From contig JBBFKW010000009.1 in NCBI GenBank assembly GCA_037481835.1, positions 32,001 through 96,000 of the forward strand: a DNA stretch of 64,000 bases, written 5' to 3'. This DNA is from Desulfosoma sp. (GTDB lineage: Bacteria > Desulfobacterota > Syntrophobacteria > Syntrophobacterales > DSM-9756). Made by a program: the position numbers and the translations under genes. The notes below the pieces were generated by a model. It searched no databases. It was given only the letters and a program-made list of their open reading frames with translations, and was not told the origin of the DNA. This document shows, piece by piece, positions 1-10,226 of this stretch (positions within the stretch are counted from its first letter, which is position 1; the number at the start of each line of letters is the position of its first letter).

Positions 1-757
1 TGGCTTCGGCCACGGCCAAGACACGCTCCGTCATGTCCTCGGGCAGGGCGATCCCTTCGGCCCGGGCGACGGCCACGGCTTCGGAAACGGCCGCTTCGCA
101 AAGCCTTCGGGCCGGATCCAGAGCAGCCACGCTGCCGTTGTCGATCCCGCACAAAGCGGTCACGGCGTTTATCCCCACGTTGACGCAGAGCTTATGCCAC
201 AGAAGATCCCGAATATCGGGACGATAGGCGGCTTCAAGGCCTGAAGCGGAAAAAAGATGCAAAAGCTCCGCGATCCCGTTCGGGGGCGATCCCGAAAGGC
301 TTCCAAAGAAGGTAGGACCCACGCCCCCGTGGCGCACGAGGCCCGGGGCGAGTTTCGTCGCCCCTTGGGCCGTCACCCCGACAAGGACTCGGTCCCCGCC
401 CACGAGGCGCGAAAGGATTTCGGCGTTTCCCATGCCGTTTTGAAGGCTGAGAAAAAGAGTGCGGGGGCCGACGGATTGGGGCGAGACGAGTCGCAGGGCC
501 TCTTGCGTAGCGTAGCTTTTGACCATGACGAGGATAAGATCGGCAGGCGGATCCCACGCCATCGGCTCGCAAGAAGCCTCCAGCCGAAAGGTTTTTTCCT
601 CGCCGCTGAGTTCCTTCAGGCGCAAGCCGTGGGTGCGGATGGCCGAAACATGGACGGCATCCACATCCAGCAGAAAAACCGGGGCTCCGGCGGCCGCAAA
701 GCGCGCCCCGAAAAGACTTCCCATGGCCCCGGCCCCGACGATCATGACCCGCATCAT
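1..757 (-). CDS. panE: 2-dehydropantoate 2-reductase (ketopantoate reductase), 3' end beyond the window edge
   Basis: Not in the ORF track. Manual minus-strand translation from ATG at 757 gives MMRVMIVGAGAMGSLFGARF (Rossmann GxGxxG) and later LLWHKLCVNVGINAVTAL (WxKLxxNxxxN motif of PanE/ApbA). GGAAGGA RBS upstream. Confidence 0.9.
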   Translation of the reverse strand, partial: MMRVMIVGAGAMGSLFGARFAAAGAPVFLLDVDAVHVSAIRTHGLRLKELSGEEKTFRLEASCEPMAWDPPADLILVMVKSYATQEALRLVSPQSVGPRTLFLSLQNGMGNAEILSRLVGGDRVLVGVTAQGATKLAPGLVRHGGVGPTFFGSLSGSPPNGIAELLHLFSASGLEAAYRPDIRDLLWHKLCVNVGINAVTALCGIDNGSVAALDPARRLCEAAVSEAVAVARAEGIALPEDMTERVLAVAEA

Positions 758-1158
758 CGCCGTTCCTTCCCTTTGAAAATGAAGCCCGCGGTTCCTGCGG
801 AGCTTATCAAAACGCCTTCCGCAAGATTCATCATGGAGGCTGGTTTTCTTCCACTGCATCGTCGTCCATGCCAGATTGGCATAGATCCTTTCGCGGGGCA
901 AGGGCTCGGGACCTTTCGGGCTCTATGCCGATTCTCGGTCTTCGATCAAACCGGCGACACGCTTCGCAGGCAGGAGGCGCCGCAGGAATTGTGCAGCCAT
1001 CCTTTCAAAGGGGATCGTGCCGACCCTTGGACCAAGTTTTAAGAGCTATGAGTCCCCTTTGGGTAGCGATCTATAACCGGTGGGCGAGGTAAACCCTTTG
1101 CCAGGGCCGATCATCCAATAGGGTGTCACGGGCGAATCCTTTATGGGGAGGATTGGAG

Positions 1159-1500
1159 ATGAAAAAGATCCTGATCCTGGCTTTGCTGATTCCGGCAATG
1201 ATCGTGGTTTGGGCCGTTCCGGCGGCACAGGCTCACAAACCGAAACACCATCGCCATGACGTTTACCACTACGGCCCGCCGCCGTGCCCGCCGCCCGCGG
1301 TGGTCCATCGCTATTATCCATACGCCGGGTACCGGCATGTGCCGCCTCCGCCGCCGCCCCGAAGAGTCGACGTGTACCACCATCACTATTCGTGCTATCC
1401 TTACTGCGGATATTATCCGGCTCCGCGAGGGCCTTACGTTGGCGGCTACGTGGGCGATGCCGGATGGTCCTTGATTTTCGAGACGGGCGGCCGCTGGTAG
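1159..1500 (+). CDS. Small secreted His/Pro/Tyr-rich protein
   Basis: GGAGG RBS; signal peptide MKKILILALLIPAMIVVWAVPAAQA followed by HKPKHHRH and PPPPPP tracts; first gene before an ECF sigma factor. Confidence 0.75.
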   Translation: MKKILILALLIPAMIVVWAVPAAQAHKPKHHRHDVYHYGPPPCPPPAVVHRYYPYAGYRHVPPPPPPRRVDVYHHHYSCYPYCGYYPAPRGPYVGGYVGDAGWSLIFETGGRW

Positions 1501-1557
1501 AACGTCTCCCACGGCGGCTCGTTCGCGCATGATGGACCGCTCACGGAAGGCGTTTCT

Positions 1558-2268
1558 GTGACTCAAAACATGGTGCCGCCGTCTCCCGACGACGCGCCGA
1601 CACCCGGCGAAACCCCCGAGGCCCGCAACAAGGGCAACGGGGCCGACCCGGGCGGCGATGAATTGGGGCTCATTCTCAAAGCCCAAGCCGGCGACCCGGG
1701 CGCTGTCGACGCCCTCATCGCCGCCTACCAACCCATGGTCTTCGCCGTGGCCTATCCCCTGTGCGGGTTCGATCGCGACGAGGCCATGGATGTGACGCAG
1801 GAGACCTTGATCCAGGTTTTTCGAAAGATCGGCCAGTTCGAAGGCCGTTCGTCCCTCGGGGCCTGGATCCGCCGCATCGCCGTCAATACGAGCCTGCTCG
1901 CCTTGAAACGAAAGAGGCGACGGCTCCAGTTCATCATCCCGTGGCGGCTTTTCGAAAAGAACGAGGACGATGAACGGCCCTTCGACATGCCCGGGGACGA
2001 CGGCGCCGGGGGGGACGACCCCCTGGAAGCCCTTTCGGCCAAAGAATTCCGCCGGGATGTGCGCAAGGCCATGGAAGGCCTTTCGGAAAAGCAGCGGACC
2101 GTTTTCGTCCTCAAGGTGTTTGAAGAAATGACCATCACGGAAATCGCCGACATGACGGGCATGGCCATCGGCACGGTCAAAACCCATCTCTTCCGCGCCA
2201 CGCGCGCCGTGAGGGACCGCTTGACGGCCATGGGCTACGGCTCGGATTCCGGGGGGATGACGCCATGA
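1558..2268 (+). CDS. ECF-type RNA polymerase sigma-70 factor
   Basis: Region 2 (DEAMDVTQETLIQVF...WIRRIAVN) and region 4 (LSEKQRTVFVLKVFEEMTITEIADMTGMAIGTVKTHLFRA). Confidence 0.93.
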   Translation: MTQNMVPPSPDDAPTPGETPEARNKGNGADPGGDELGLILKAQAGDPGAVDALIAAYQPMVFAVAYPLCGFDRDEAMDVTQETLIQVFRKIGQFEGRSSLGAWIRRIAVNTSLLALKRKRRRLQFIIPWRLFEKNEDDERPFDMPGDDGAGGDDPLEALSAKEFRRDVRKAMEGLSEKQRTVFVLKVFEEMTITEIADMTGMAIGTVKTHLFRATRAVRDRLTAMGYGSDSGGMTP

Positions 2269-2969
2269 AAGGATGCAAGGACTTTGAAGAAGCTCTCATC
2301 CTGGACGTGTTGGGCGAGCTGGATCTGAAACGGCAGCCCCACTGGGCGGCACACGCGGCCTCTTGTGCCGCATGCCGCGCCGAACGGGAACGCCTTGCTC
2401 GAATGATGCATGACGTGAAAGCCGCCTCCAGCCCGGAGTCTCTCAGCCCGACGGAAGCCGAACGAATGAACGCCCGCATCCGGTGGGCCCTGAGCAACGC
2501 CGGTAGAGCCGCCCACCGTGAACGGAAAACGCCGTTCTGGAAAGGCTTTGGCCCCAAGCCGGCATGGGCCTTCGGTATCCTCGTGTGCCTTGTGCTTGCC
2601 GTGAGCGGCGTGCACTGGAAAGGCCCGTTCAAAGGGACTCCCGAGGCCGACCGTCCACCAACGGTCCTGGCGCCTCAAGCCCCGGAACTATCCGATCGGG
2701 CCAAAAGCGAAGAAGCCCGTTCTTCAGCGTCGACTGTTTCGGATCAGAAACTGGCCGCTGTGACGCCGTCAGCTTCCGAGATCGAAGCCGACCTTCCGGA
2801 ACAAGACCGGGAAATCCTTGAAAACCTCGACTTTCTTAAAGAGCTGGACACCATTAGAAAACTGGTCCATGTGGTGGACCAAGACTCAGATGAACCTTCA
2901 CCGCCGGATGCGTCGGATTCGGCCCATCAGCCCACGTCGCTGGATCCTCGGGATTCGTCCTATGCGTGA
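2265..2969 (+). CDS. Zinc-finger membrane-anchored anti-sigma factor
   Basis: ATGA overlap with the sigma gene; HxxxCxxC (HAASCAAC) ZAS motif; single TM helix WAFGILVCLVLAVSGV. Confidence 0.8.
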   Translation: MKGCKDFEEALILDVLGELDLKRQPHWAAHAASCAACRAERERLARMMHDVKAASSPESLSPTEAERMNARIRWALSNAGRAAHRERKTPFWKGFGPKPAWAFGILVCLVLAVSGVHWKGPFKGTPEADRPPTVLAPQAPELSDRAKSEEARSSASTVSDQKLAAVTPSASEIEADLPEQDREILENLDFLKELDTIRKLVHVVDQDSDEPSPPDASDSAHQPTSLDPRDSSYA

Positions 2970-3465
2970 GACCGCCCTCATAAAGCTCGGCAAGAAATGC
3001 ATGAGAGCGGTTGCGGCGGTCATCGCCTTCGCCTGCCTCTTCGGCGCGGTCTCGGGAAAGCCGGACCCGGCGGGGGCGGCTCCCTTGCCCCGGAAATCCC
3101 AGGGGATGATCGCGGCTCCCAAAGCCGGCGCTCCGGCTCGGCCTTGGCCCATGCTCTTCGCCAAAAGGCCCGAAGGTCGAGAAGACGGATACGCGCCTTT
3201 TGCATGCCCTCGGGATCGCCGCGACGCGCCTCCCCAGTACCAAGAATGGCAGTCCATGCCCCCTCAGGAAAGAGACGCCCTGAGACGGCGCATGGAAGAG
3301 TACCGTAAACTTCCTCCCCAGGAACAAGAACTTTACCGGCAGCGCTATCGCCAGTGGCAGCAGATCCCTCCGGAAGATCGACGGCGTATCGAATCCGACA
3401 TCCAGAGGTGGAACGAACTGTCGCCGGCCCAACGGGAGGCCATCCGGAGACTCTTCAACAGGTAG
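2962..3465 (+). CDS. DUF3106-like periplasmic helical-repeat protein
   Basis: Signal/TM segment, then repeated WxxLPPExRxxLRxR units (WQSMPPQERDALRRR, YRKLPPQEQE, WQQIPPEDRRR, WNELSPAQRE). Typical third gene of ECF/anti-sigma clusters. Start uncertain. Confidence 0.75.
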   Translation: MRETALIKLGKKCMRAVAAVIAFACLFGAVSGKPDPAGAAPLPRKSQGMIAAPKAGAPARPWPMLFAKRPEGREDGYAPFACPRDRRDAPPQYQEWQSMPPQERDALRRRMEEYRKLPPQEQELYRQRYRQWQQIPPEDRRRIESDIQRWNELSPAQREAIRRLFNR

Positions 3466-3477
3466 ACGGGGCCGACG

Positions 3478-3915
3478 ATGAAGGTGCTACGGGCTCCCCG
3501 CATGGAACGCTGTATTGGATGTTATTCCTGCGCCCTGGCGTGCGCCAGGCTGGTGCACCGATGCCTTTCCTGGAAGCACTCGGGAATCCGCATCCGCAGT
3601 TCGGGAGGCCTCAGTACGGGCTTTGACGCCCAACTGTGCCTTGCGTGCGACCCGGCCCCCTGTGTCGCGGCATGTCCTACCGACGCCTTTTCCCAAAGGC
3701 CCGGAGGCGGCGTGAAAGTCACGCGAAGCGCCTGCATCCGATGCGGCGCGTGTTCTGAGGCCTGCCCGGTGGAAGCCGTGTGGATGGACCCCGAAACCCA
3801 CGAACCCATCGTATGCATTCACTGCGGCCGCTGCACGGCCTTCTGCCCTCATGACTGCCTGGAAATGGTGGAAGTGGGCGCAGGCGGACAAAGCTCCAAG
3901 GAAAACGCCCGATGA
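3478..3915 (+). CDS. 4Fe-4S dicluster protein, AOR-associated small subunit
   Basis: CIGCYSCALAC, CLACDPAPCVAACP, CIRCGACSEACP, CIHCGRCTAFCP; ATGA overlap with AOR. Confidence 0.9.
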   Translation: MKVLRAPRMERCIGCYSCALACARLVHRCLSWKHSGIRIRSSGGLSTGFDAQLCLACDPAPCVAACPTDAFSQRPGGGVKVTRSACIRCGACSEACPVEAVWMDPETHEPIVCIHCGRCTAFCPHDCLEMVEVGAGGQSSKENAR

Positions 3916-5678
3916 AAGAGTCCTTCCGCGTCCTCGTCGTGGATTTGGAAACAGGCCGTGGGAAGCCCGCGGATTTCGGCGGCCCTCAGGAGCATCTCGG
4001 GGGAAGCGGTTTAGCGGCGGCCCTTTTCGAAGCCTACGGCGACCCGTCGGCTCCCTGGGACGATCCGAGGCAACCGCTCATTTTTGCCGTCGGTCCCCTG
4101 ACGGGCTATTTTCCTCTTATGAGCAAGGTTGTCCTGGGGTTCAAGTCGCCGTATCACGACCAGTACGCGGAAAGCCACGCCGGCGGGCGCCTGGCCCTGG
4201 CGCTGCGTTTTTCCGGCTATGACGCGCTGGTCGTTCGGGGGGTGGCCCCCAGGCCGACGGGGCTCAGCCTGGGTTATCGCGAATGCCACCTGTGGGACGC
4301 CCATTACCTTTGGGGTATGGACACTTTCGCCACGGGGAAATGGGTCCGAAAAATCCATCCCGGCGGAAGCGGCCATCGAAGCATCCTGCGCATCGGGCCG
4401 GCAGGGGAAAACCAAGTCCCTTGTGCGGCCATCAACGTGGACACTTACCGGCATTTCGGGCGGCTGGGCGGGGGAGCCGCCATGGGCCGAAAGCGGCTCA
4501 AAGCCGTTGTCGTCTCTGGGGACACGAGCGCTCCCGTTCCGGAATCCAAAGCCTATGCGGCGCTCTACAAGAGCGTTTACCAGGAGGCCGTGGCATCCCC
4601 CGTGATGCGCAAATACCACGACCTGGGCACGCCGGAAAACATCTTGCCCCTGAACGCCTTGAAAGCTCTGCCCTGGCGGAATCTGCAGGCCACCCATGAC
4701 CCGCAGGCCGAAGCCATCTCCGGCGAGCGCTTCGCCCGAGAGCTGCTCCTGCGACAGACGGCCTGCGCCGGTTGCCCGGTGGGTTGCATCCACATCGGCC
4801 TCTTGCGGGAACGCTTCGGCGAAGAACACGAATACCTGTACCGACAGGTGTCCTACGACCACGAACCGCTGTTTGCAGCCGGGCCCATGCTGGGCGTCAC
4901 CGATCCGGGACAGGTGCTGCATCTTCTGGAAACCATGGAACGGTTCGGCCTGGACGCCATCAGCGCGGGGGTCTGCCTTTCCTGGGCAACGGAAGCTTTG
5001 GAACGGGGCACGGTCAGCGAAAAGGAAACCCTGGTGCGGCTCCGCTTCGGGGAAGCGGACGCATATCACCACGCTGTGGAACATTTGGCGCGGGGCACCA
5101 ACGACTTCTACCAGGCCTTGGGCCGAGGGGTCCTTTCGGCGGCGGCCTGTTATGGCGGCACCGACTTCGCCTGCGTGCTCGGCCAAGAAATGGCGGGGTA
5201 CGCCACGGGGGAAGTGTTCTTCGTCTCCCAAGCCTACGGCTTTCGCCATTCCCATCTGGACAGCGCCGGCTACGCTTTCGACCAGAGCACCCCCGAAAAG
5301 GATGTGGACAAAGCCCTCGCTTTTCTCCTCGATGAAGAACGCCGGCGGGTGGCCCTCACCTGCATGGTGTCCTGCCTGTTCGCCAGAAAGCTCTATCCCG
5401 AAAACCGCCTTCAGGAAGCTCTGGACGTCTTGGGCTACTCCCAAGCCGCACAAGATCTGGAAAATCTCTCGGAAAAGGTGCGCTGCGCTCGATGGCGTCT
5501 TCGCTTTCGCACGGGATTCGACCCCGACCGCGTGACGGTGCCCCGGCGGTTTTATGAGCTCACCACATGGAAAGGCCCCATTGACGGCACCTTCATGGAA
5601 AGCCTCGCCGCCGCTTACCGTGGTGCGCTCCGACGGCTCGCCGCCCCCACAGCCTCGGGGCCCGAGCTAAAGACCTAA
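3912..5678 (+). CDS. aor: Aldehyde:ferredoxin oxidoreductase family (W/Mo-pterin) protein
   Basis: KSP...ESHAGG, GYDALVVRG, IGPAGEN, GRLGGGAAMGRKRLKAV, CAGCPVGC and GLDAIS motifs of the AOR family. Confidence 0.9.
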   Translation: MKESFRVLVVDLETGRGKPADFGGPQEHLGGSGLAAALFEAYGDPSAPWDDPRQPLIFAVGPLTGYFPLMSKVVLGFKSPYHDQYAESHAGGRLALALRFSGYDALVVRGVAPRPTGLSLGYRECHLWDAHYLWGMDTFATGKWVRKIHPGGSGHRSILRIGPAGENQVPCAAINVDTYRHFGRLGGGAAMGRKRLKAVVVSGDTSAPVPESKAYAALYKSVYQEAVASPVMRKYHDLGTPENILPLNALKALPWRNLQATHDPQAEAISGERFARELLLRQTACAGCPVGCIHIGLLRERFGEEHEYLYRQVSYDHEPLFAAGPMLGVTDPGQVLHLLETMERFGLDAISAGVCLSWATEALERGTVSEKETLVRLRFGEADAYHHAVEHLARGTNDFYQALGRGVLSAAACYGGTDFACVLGQEMAGYATGEVFFVSQAYGFRHSHLDSAGYAFDQSTPEKDVDKALAFLLDEERRRVALTCMVSCLFARKLYPENRLQEALDVLGYSQAAQDLENLSEKVRCARWRLRFRTGFDPDRVTVPRRFYELTTWKGPIDGTFMESLAAAYRGALRRLAAPTASGPELKT

Positions 5679-5925
5679 CGAACTTCCCCCCGGATCTTTC
5701 GTCCCTCTTCCCCTGAAAAGGGAAGATCTCTGTAAAGATCGAGCTCAGGGCGCCTGATGCCTGGACGTTCACCTTTCGTTGTCGCACCCGGCGCCATGCA
5801 AATGTCGGTGGGAATGAACGGGGAGAAATGGTCGGAGCCGAAAAGACAATCCGCTGCCACCCCTTCCCGATGTCCTTGACTCCGGGGGAGAAGGCCGAGC
5901 AGAGAACGGCGACGCCCGAAAAGTC

Positions 5926-6357
5926 CTACGGGAGCGGCTCCCCTTCGTAGGCCTCCACGGCGGCGCGGAGCCGCTCGGGAACCGGCACGGGGCGGCGGCC
6001 TCCTTTTTCCACCGCCACGGCCACAATCCGGCCCGTGCTGATCAAGGCATCGGTATCGGCTTTGTAGATGGCGAACTGGAAGGTGAAACTCGTTCGGCCG
6101 ATGTGCGTGATCCGTGCATGGACGTTCAGAACCTCGTCGAATCGGGCGCTCCCCTTGTAGGTGCATTGGGCTTCCACGTAGAAAAAATCGAAGCCGTCGT
6201 CCAGCATGGCGTCGTAGCCGTAGCCGACGGCTTTGAGGTAGTCCGTCAGGCCTTGATCGAAGTAAACGAGATAATTGGAAAAGAAGACATGGCCCTGGGC
6301 GTCGGTGTCCGCATAGCGCACCCGAACGGGGGTAAAGAATTTGTATTTTTCGCTCAT
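5926..6357 (-). CDS. Acyl-CoA thioesterase (YbgC/FadM hot-dog fold)
   Basis: VRYADTDAQGHVFFSNYLVYFD motif; AGGAG RBS. Confidence 0.9.
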   Translation of the reverse strand: MSEKYKFFTPVRVRYADTDAQGHVFFSNYLVYFDQGLTDYLKAVGYGYDAMLDDGFDFFYVEAQCTYKGSARFDEVLNVHARITHIGRTSFTFQFAIYKADTDALISTGRIVAVAVEKGGRRPVPVPERLRAAVEAYEGEPLP

Positions 6358-6825
6358 GGACGGCTCCTATAACCCGTGCAGGACGTGCTCTCCCGGATGT
6401 GCGGACCGGGCGTCTCCTTGGGAAAAAGTTTGGACCAGCCGAGAACGTATCATGCACCCCATGCGCCTGGGGAAAAACTGTCCAGAGCACCCGTCTAGCA
6501 TAAACTGAGGCGGGCTGTCGACAATTGACGTTTCTTCGGCGTTCGCTGATGCTGTCAGCCAATCCTGTGCACCAATTTTGGCTCCGCATCGTAGGTGTGT
6601 TCTTTCTTGACGTCCAGTGCCGAAGAATGGGGGCGGTGCGGAAGTTTCATTAGCGAGTCATGTCCACAATAGGTTCGACGCCCCGGACCCGCTCATGTTA
6701 CAAGACAGTTAATTCATTCCCGAGCCTCAGAGAAAGCTTCCTTCGGTCCCGTGCGGAAACGGCGCGGTCTTGCCGCGTTTTTTCGCACCCTTTCCCGGGC
6801 ATCGGCCCTACAAGGAGGACTAGCC

Positions 6826-7869
6826 ATGGCTTACCCGTTTCGCAATCTCGTGTTTGAAGGCGGCGGCATGAAGGGCATCGCCTACGTGGGCGCGCTCCAG
6901 GTCTTGGAAGAAAAAGATATCCTGTCCCGAATCCTCCGAGTCGGGGGCACCTCGGCAGGGGCCATCACCGCCGTTATGGTGGGACTGAATTACAGCCCGG
7001 CCGAAATCTGGGATGCGGTGAGTTCCATGGACTTCGGCACGTTCATGGACGACGATTTCGGCGTCGTGCGGGACATGAACCGGCTCATCCACGAATTCGG
7101 TTGGTACAAAGGCAACGCCTTCCGCACCTGGATCGGGGACGTCATCGCCCGAAAGACCGGAAACCCCAACGCCACATTCCTCCAAGTGCAGCAGCAAAAG
7201 AGCGCCAAAGGTTTCCGGGACATGTACTTTATGGGCACCAACATCTGCACCCATTTTTGCGAAGTCTTTTCGCACGAACACACGCCTCGGATGTGCGTGG
7301 CGGACGCCGTCCGCATTTCCATGTCCATCCCCCTGTTTTTCACCTGCCGTCGAAGCCCCCGGGGCGACGTCTATGTGGACGGCGGCGTGCTCGACAATTA
7401 CCCCATCAAGATCTTCGATCGCATGCGGTATCTGGATCCGGCCGTGGCGGACATCCACGGCCGCATGACGGACTATTACCGCCGGCACAACACCAGCTTG
7501 AAGCGCAGGGGGATCGAGGTGAGTCCCTATGTCTACAACAAGGAAACCCTGGGCTTTCGGCTGGATTCGGCGCGCGAAATCGCCGTCTTCCGAGACCAGG
7601 CGGAACCTGTGCCGGAAACCGTGGACGATTTCTTTTCCTACTGCTTCAACCTGCTCCAGACCCTCCTCAACGCCCAGTCCAACACCCACCTCCACAACGA
7701 CGACTGGCAGCGCACCATCTACATCGACACCCTCGGCGTAAAAACAACGGACTTCAAGATATCCAAGGCGCGAAAGACCGCCCTCGTCCAGTCGGGCCGA
7801 AAAGGCACCGAGACCTACTTCGCCTGGTACGACGACCCGGCGAGTAATCCCGTAAACCGCCCGAACTGA
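6826..7869 (+). CDS. Patatin-like phospholipase
   Basis: AGGAGG RBS; EGGGMKG oxyanion loop, GTSAG nucleophile, DGG catalytic Asp. Confidence 0.92.
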   Translation: MAYPFRNLVFEGGGMKGIAYVGALQVLEEKDILSRILRVGGTSAGAITAVMVGLNYSPAEIWDAVSSMDFGTFMDDDFGVVRDMNRLIHEFGWYKGNAFRTWIGDVIARKTGNPNATFLQVQQQKSAKGFRDMYFMGTNICTHFCEVFSHEHTPRMCVADAVRISMSIPLFFTCRRSPRGDVYVDGGVLDNYPIKIFDRMRYLDPAVADIHGRMTDYYRRHNTSLKRRGIEVSPYVYNKETLGFRLDSAREIAVFRDQAEPVPETVDDFFSYCFNLLQTLLNAQSNTHLHNDDWQRTIYIDTLGVKTTDFKISKARKTALVQSGRKGTETYFAWYDDPASNPVNRPN

Positions 7870-8151
7870 GAAGAAGCCATCATCTGCGGACCCGTCGGGG
7901 TCCCGCAACCCTGAAACAACGGGCCGGCTCCGGCCCGTGCGGGCACGGCAGGCCTTATCGCGCACGGGCGTGCACAACTCCTCGTCAAGCAACCGAGCCG
8001 CCGACCATCCATCGGCAAGGAAGGCCATACGCCATGGCTCAATGAAGCACGAAGGGCAACCGATCCGGAGCCGCCGATGGATGTGGGGCTTGACTTTTGG
8101 CGAGCCTTGGTCATTGTGTGCGGGAATCCCTGAGAAAAGGAGGTTCCCGCC

Positions 8152-8895
8152 ATGGCACAAAATCGTCGGTACCGTGCGCTCTTTTCATCGGACTGGAGTG
8201 AATGCCTGGCTCCCAGCGGTCCTTTCGACTGTATTTTTTTCAATTATCCCGACTTGAAAGACCCACTCATCGCGGTTTTTCGCCAATATACGTCCAATGT
8301 GATCACGCTCGGGGAAGCCATCGGGCGCATTGAGGCCCTCATGCCCGGCCCCGTCACCGAAGCCATGATGGACGTCTATCTGGACGCCGCCTACGGGACT
8401 TACCCGGGAGCCGCTGAATTCATCCGCTGGTGCGGCGACAACGACATCCTTTTCATGCTGAACACCACGGGCATGAGGGGCTATTATCAAAGAGTGCTGG
8501 CCAAAGGGCTGCTCCCTTCCGTGCCCGCTCTGTCCGCCCACCCCTTCATCAGCTACCCGGAAAGGTCCAGCGATCCCGAAATCTTCCTTCCCCTTTACGA
8601 AATCCAGGACAAGGCCGCCAATTCCGCCGCAGTGGCGGAAAAGTACGGTATTCCGGCGGGGCGTATCATGGTCATGGGAGACAGCGGCGGCGACGGGCCC
8701 CATTTCGCCTGGGGCGCTCAAGTCAACGCCCTCCTTATCGCCAGCCGCCCCAAAGCCTCCCTGGAAAAGTATTGCGCCGATCGGGGTATTGCCATCCACC
8801 ACCGCATCGGCACCGCCGGGGAACCGCACAAGGCGAACTTCATGGACATGGTGGATTGGGTCGAAAGCTACCTCGCAGCCAGTGAACGTCAATAA
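8152..8895 (+). CDS. HAD-superfamily hydrolase-like protein
   Basis: AGGAGG RBS; N-terminal SSDWSECL (degenerate motif I), NTT (motif II), K, and MGDSGGD (motif IV). Confidence 0.7.
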   Translation: MAQNRRYRALFSSDWSECLAPSGPFDCIFFNYPDLKDPLIAVFRQYTSNVITLGEAIGRIEALMPGPVTEAMMDVYLDAAYGTYPGAAEFIRWCGDNDILFMLNTTGMRGYYQRVLAKGLLPSVPALSAHPFISYPERSSDPEIFLPLYEIQDKAANSAAVAEKYGIPAGRIMVMGDSGGDGPHFAWGAQVNALLIASRPKASLEKYCADRGIAIHHRIGTAGEPHKANFMDMVDWVESYLAASERQ

Positions 8896-8897
8896 CT

Positions 8898-10226
8898 TTA
8901 GATCGTGCCCTGGGCGCGGAGGCGTTGCAGGTCCGACGGGCCCAAGCCCAAGAGCCGACCGTAAACGGCCTCGTTGTCGGCTCCAACGGGACGGCACACC
9001 CACTTGATCCGCGGTGGAGTGCCCGTCATTTTCCACACGGGGCCCTGAAGGGACAGTTCCCCGTAGACCGGGTCCTGGATTTTTCGGAACACGCCCCGAT
9101 CCCACCAGTTTTGTTCTTCGAAGGTCTGAGAAGGCCGGCACACCTTGCCCGTCACCACGGCGGCCGCCCGGCCTTCCTTCTCGGCGATGGCTTCGCCCAC
9201 CTTGTCGATCACCTCATCCACGGTGTATTGCAGGCTCCATTCCTCCAAGATCCGCTGCAGGGCTTCTTCGCTCTCATAGCTCGTGCGCTTCATGAAGGTG
9301 GAAAAGCGGGGATCCTGGGTGAGCTCGGGTCGGCCGATGATTTCCATGAGAGTGGCGAAGGCTTCTTCGTTATAGGCGGCCATGAAGGTATAGCCGTCCT
9401 TGCACTGGATAAAGGTGTAAGGAAACACGGAGGGATCGTAATTGCCGAGTCGCTCCTTGACGCCCCCGCCCATGTGATACCAGCCCAAGTTGTAGTCGAT
9501 GAATTTCATGATGCATTCGGCGCCGGACACATCCACCATCTGCCCCCTGCCGGACTGCTGCCGGTAAAGGAGCGCGGCCAGAATCCCGTAGGCGGCGAAG
9601 AGCCCTTCGGCGTACCAGCCGTACCAGCTGCCTGTTTTGGTGGGCACCGCGTGGGGCGATCGATCCGCGTCTTCCGGTTCCCCGTTGATGTAGATCAGGC
9701 CGGAATAGGCCTGGTTGGCGATTTCGGATGCTTGGCGGCCTTCACGGGCCTTCGGGCCGAATTGGCCGTAGGTGTGCAAAGCGGCATAGATCAGTCGGGA
9801 ATTGATGTCCCGAAGCTGTCGATACCCAATGCCCAGGGTGTCCAAGAAACCCGGTTCGAAGGTTTCGATGATCACATCGGCGTGAGCGGCGAGTTTTTTG
9901 AAGATTTCCCGACCTTCGTCGACTTCCAGGTCCAGGGTGATGTGGTGCTTGTTTCGGCCCTCCGCCAAGTAGGCCAAGCCTGTGTCGTGGTGCATCAAGC
10001 CGAAGGGGCTGAATTCCCGGGCAGGATCGCCCCCCGGGGGCTCGATGCGAATCACACGGGCGCCTAGTTCCGCCAAAACGGAAGAGGCCGTCAGGCCGCC
10101 GAAACTGGCGTAGCTCACATCCAAAACAAGAAGGTCGTCCAAAGCTTCGGAAGACCGGGCGGCAACCCTAGGATCGGAATGGGCTTTGGCCCATTCAAAC
10201 CAGGACATCGTCTTGTCGTCGTTCAT
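8898..10226 (-). CDS. Family III (CaiB/BaiF) CoA-transferase subunit, catalytic Asp apparently missing
   Basis: LAELGARVIRIEPPGGD, RNKHHITLDL, ADVIIETFEPG, GQMVDVS. Start chosen at MNDDKT (GGAAAGG RBS). Confidence 0.88.
   Translation of the reverse strand: MNDDKTMSWFEWAKAHSDPRVAARSSEALDDLLVLDVSYASFGGLTASSVLAELGARVIRIEPPGGDPAREFSPFGLMHHDTGLAYLAEGRNKHHITLDLEVDEGREIFKKLAAHADVIIETFEPGFLDTLGIGYRQLRDINSRLIYAALHTYGQFGPKAREGRQASEIANQAYSGLIYINGEPEDADRSPHAVPTKTGSWYGWYAEGLFAAYGILAALLYRQQSGRGQMVDVSGAECIMKFIDYNLGWYHMGGGVKERLGNYDPSVFPYTFIQCKDGYTFMAAYNEEAFATLMEIIGRPELTQDPRFSTFMKRTSYESEEALQRILEEWSLQYTVDEVIDKVGEAIAEKEGRAAAVVTGKVCRPSQTFEEQNWWDRGVFRKIQDPVYGELSLQGPVWKMTGTPPRIKWVCRPVGADNEAVYGRLLGLGPSDLQRLRAQGTI

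Noticed and set aside
257..1042. 261-aa + strand ORF and the many other long antisense ORFs (e.g. 23094-25148, 31583-33304, 58297-60378)
   Set aside because: They are shadows of well-supported genes on the opposite strand, expected at high GC, with no recognisable motifs.
6360..6820. Long intergenic region as ncRNA or riboswitch
   Set aside because: No recognisable riboswitch, tRNA or conserved structure by eye; it is a divergent promoter region.
6826..7869. Patatin as a CBASS/CapV anti-phage effector
   Set aside because: No CD-NTase or other defence gene is adjacent; neighbours are metabolic.
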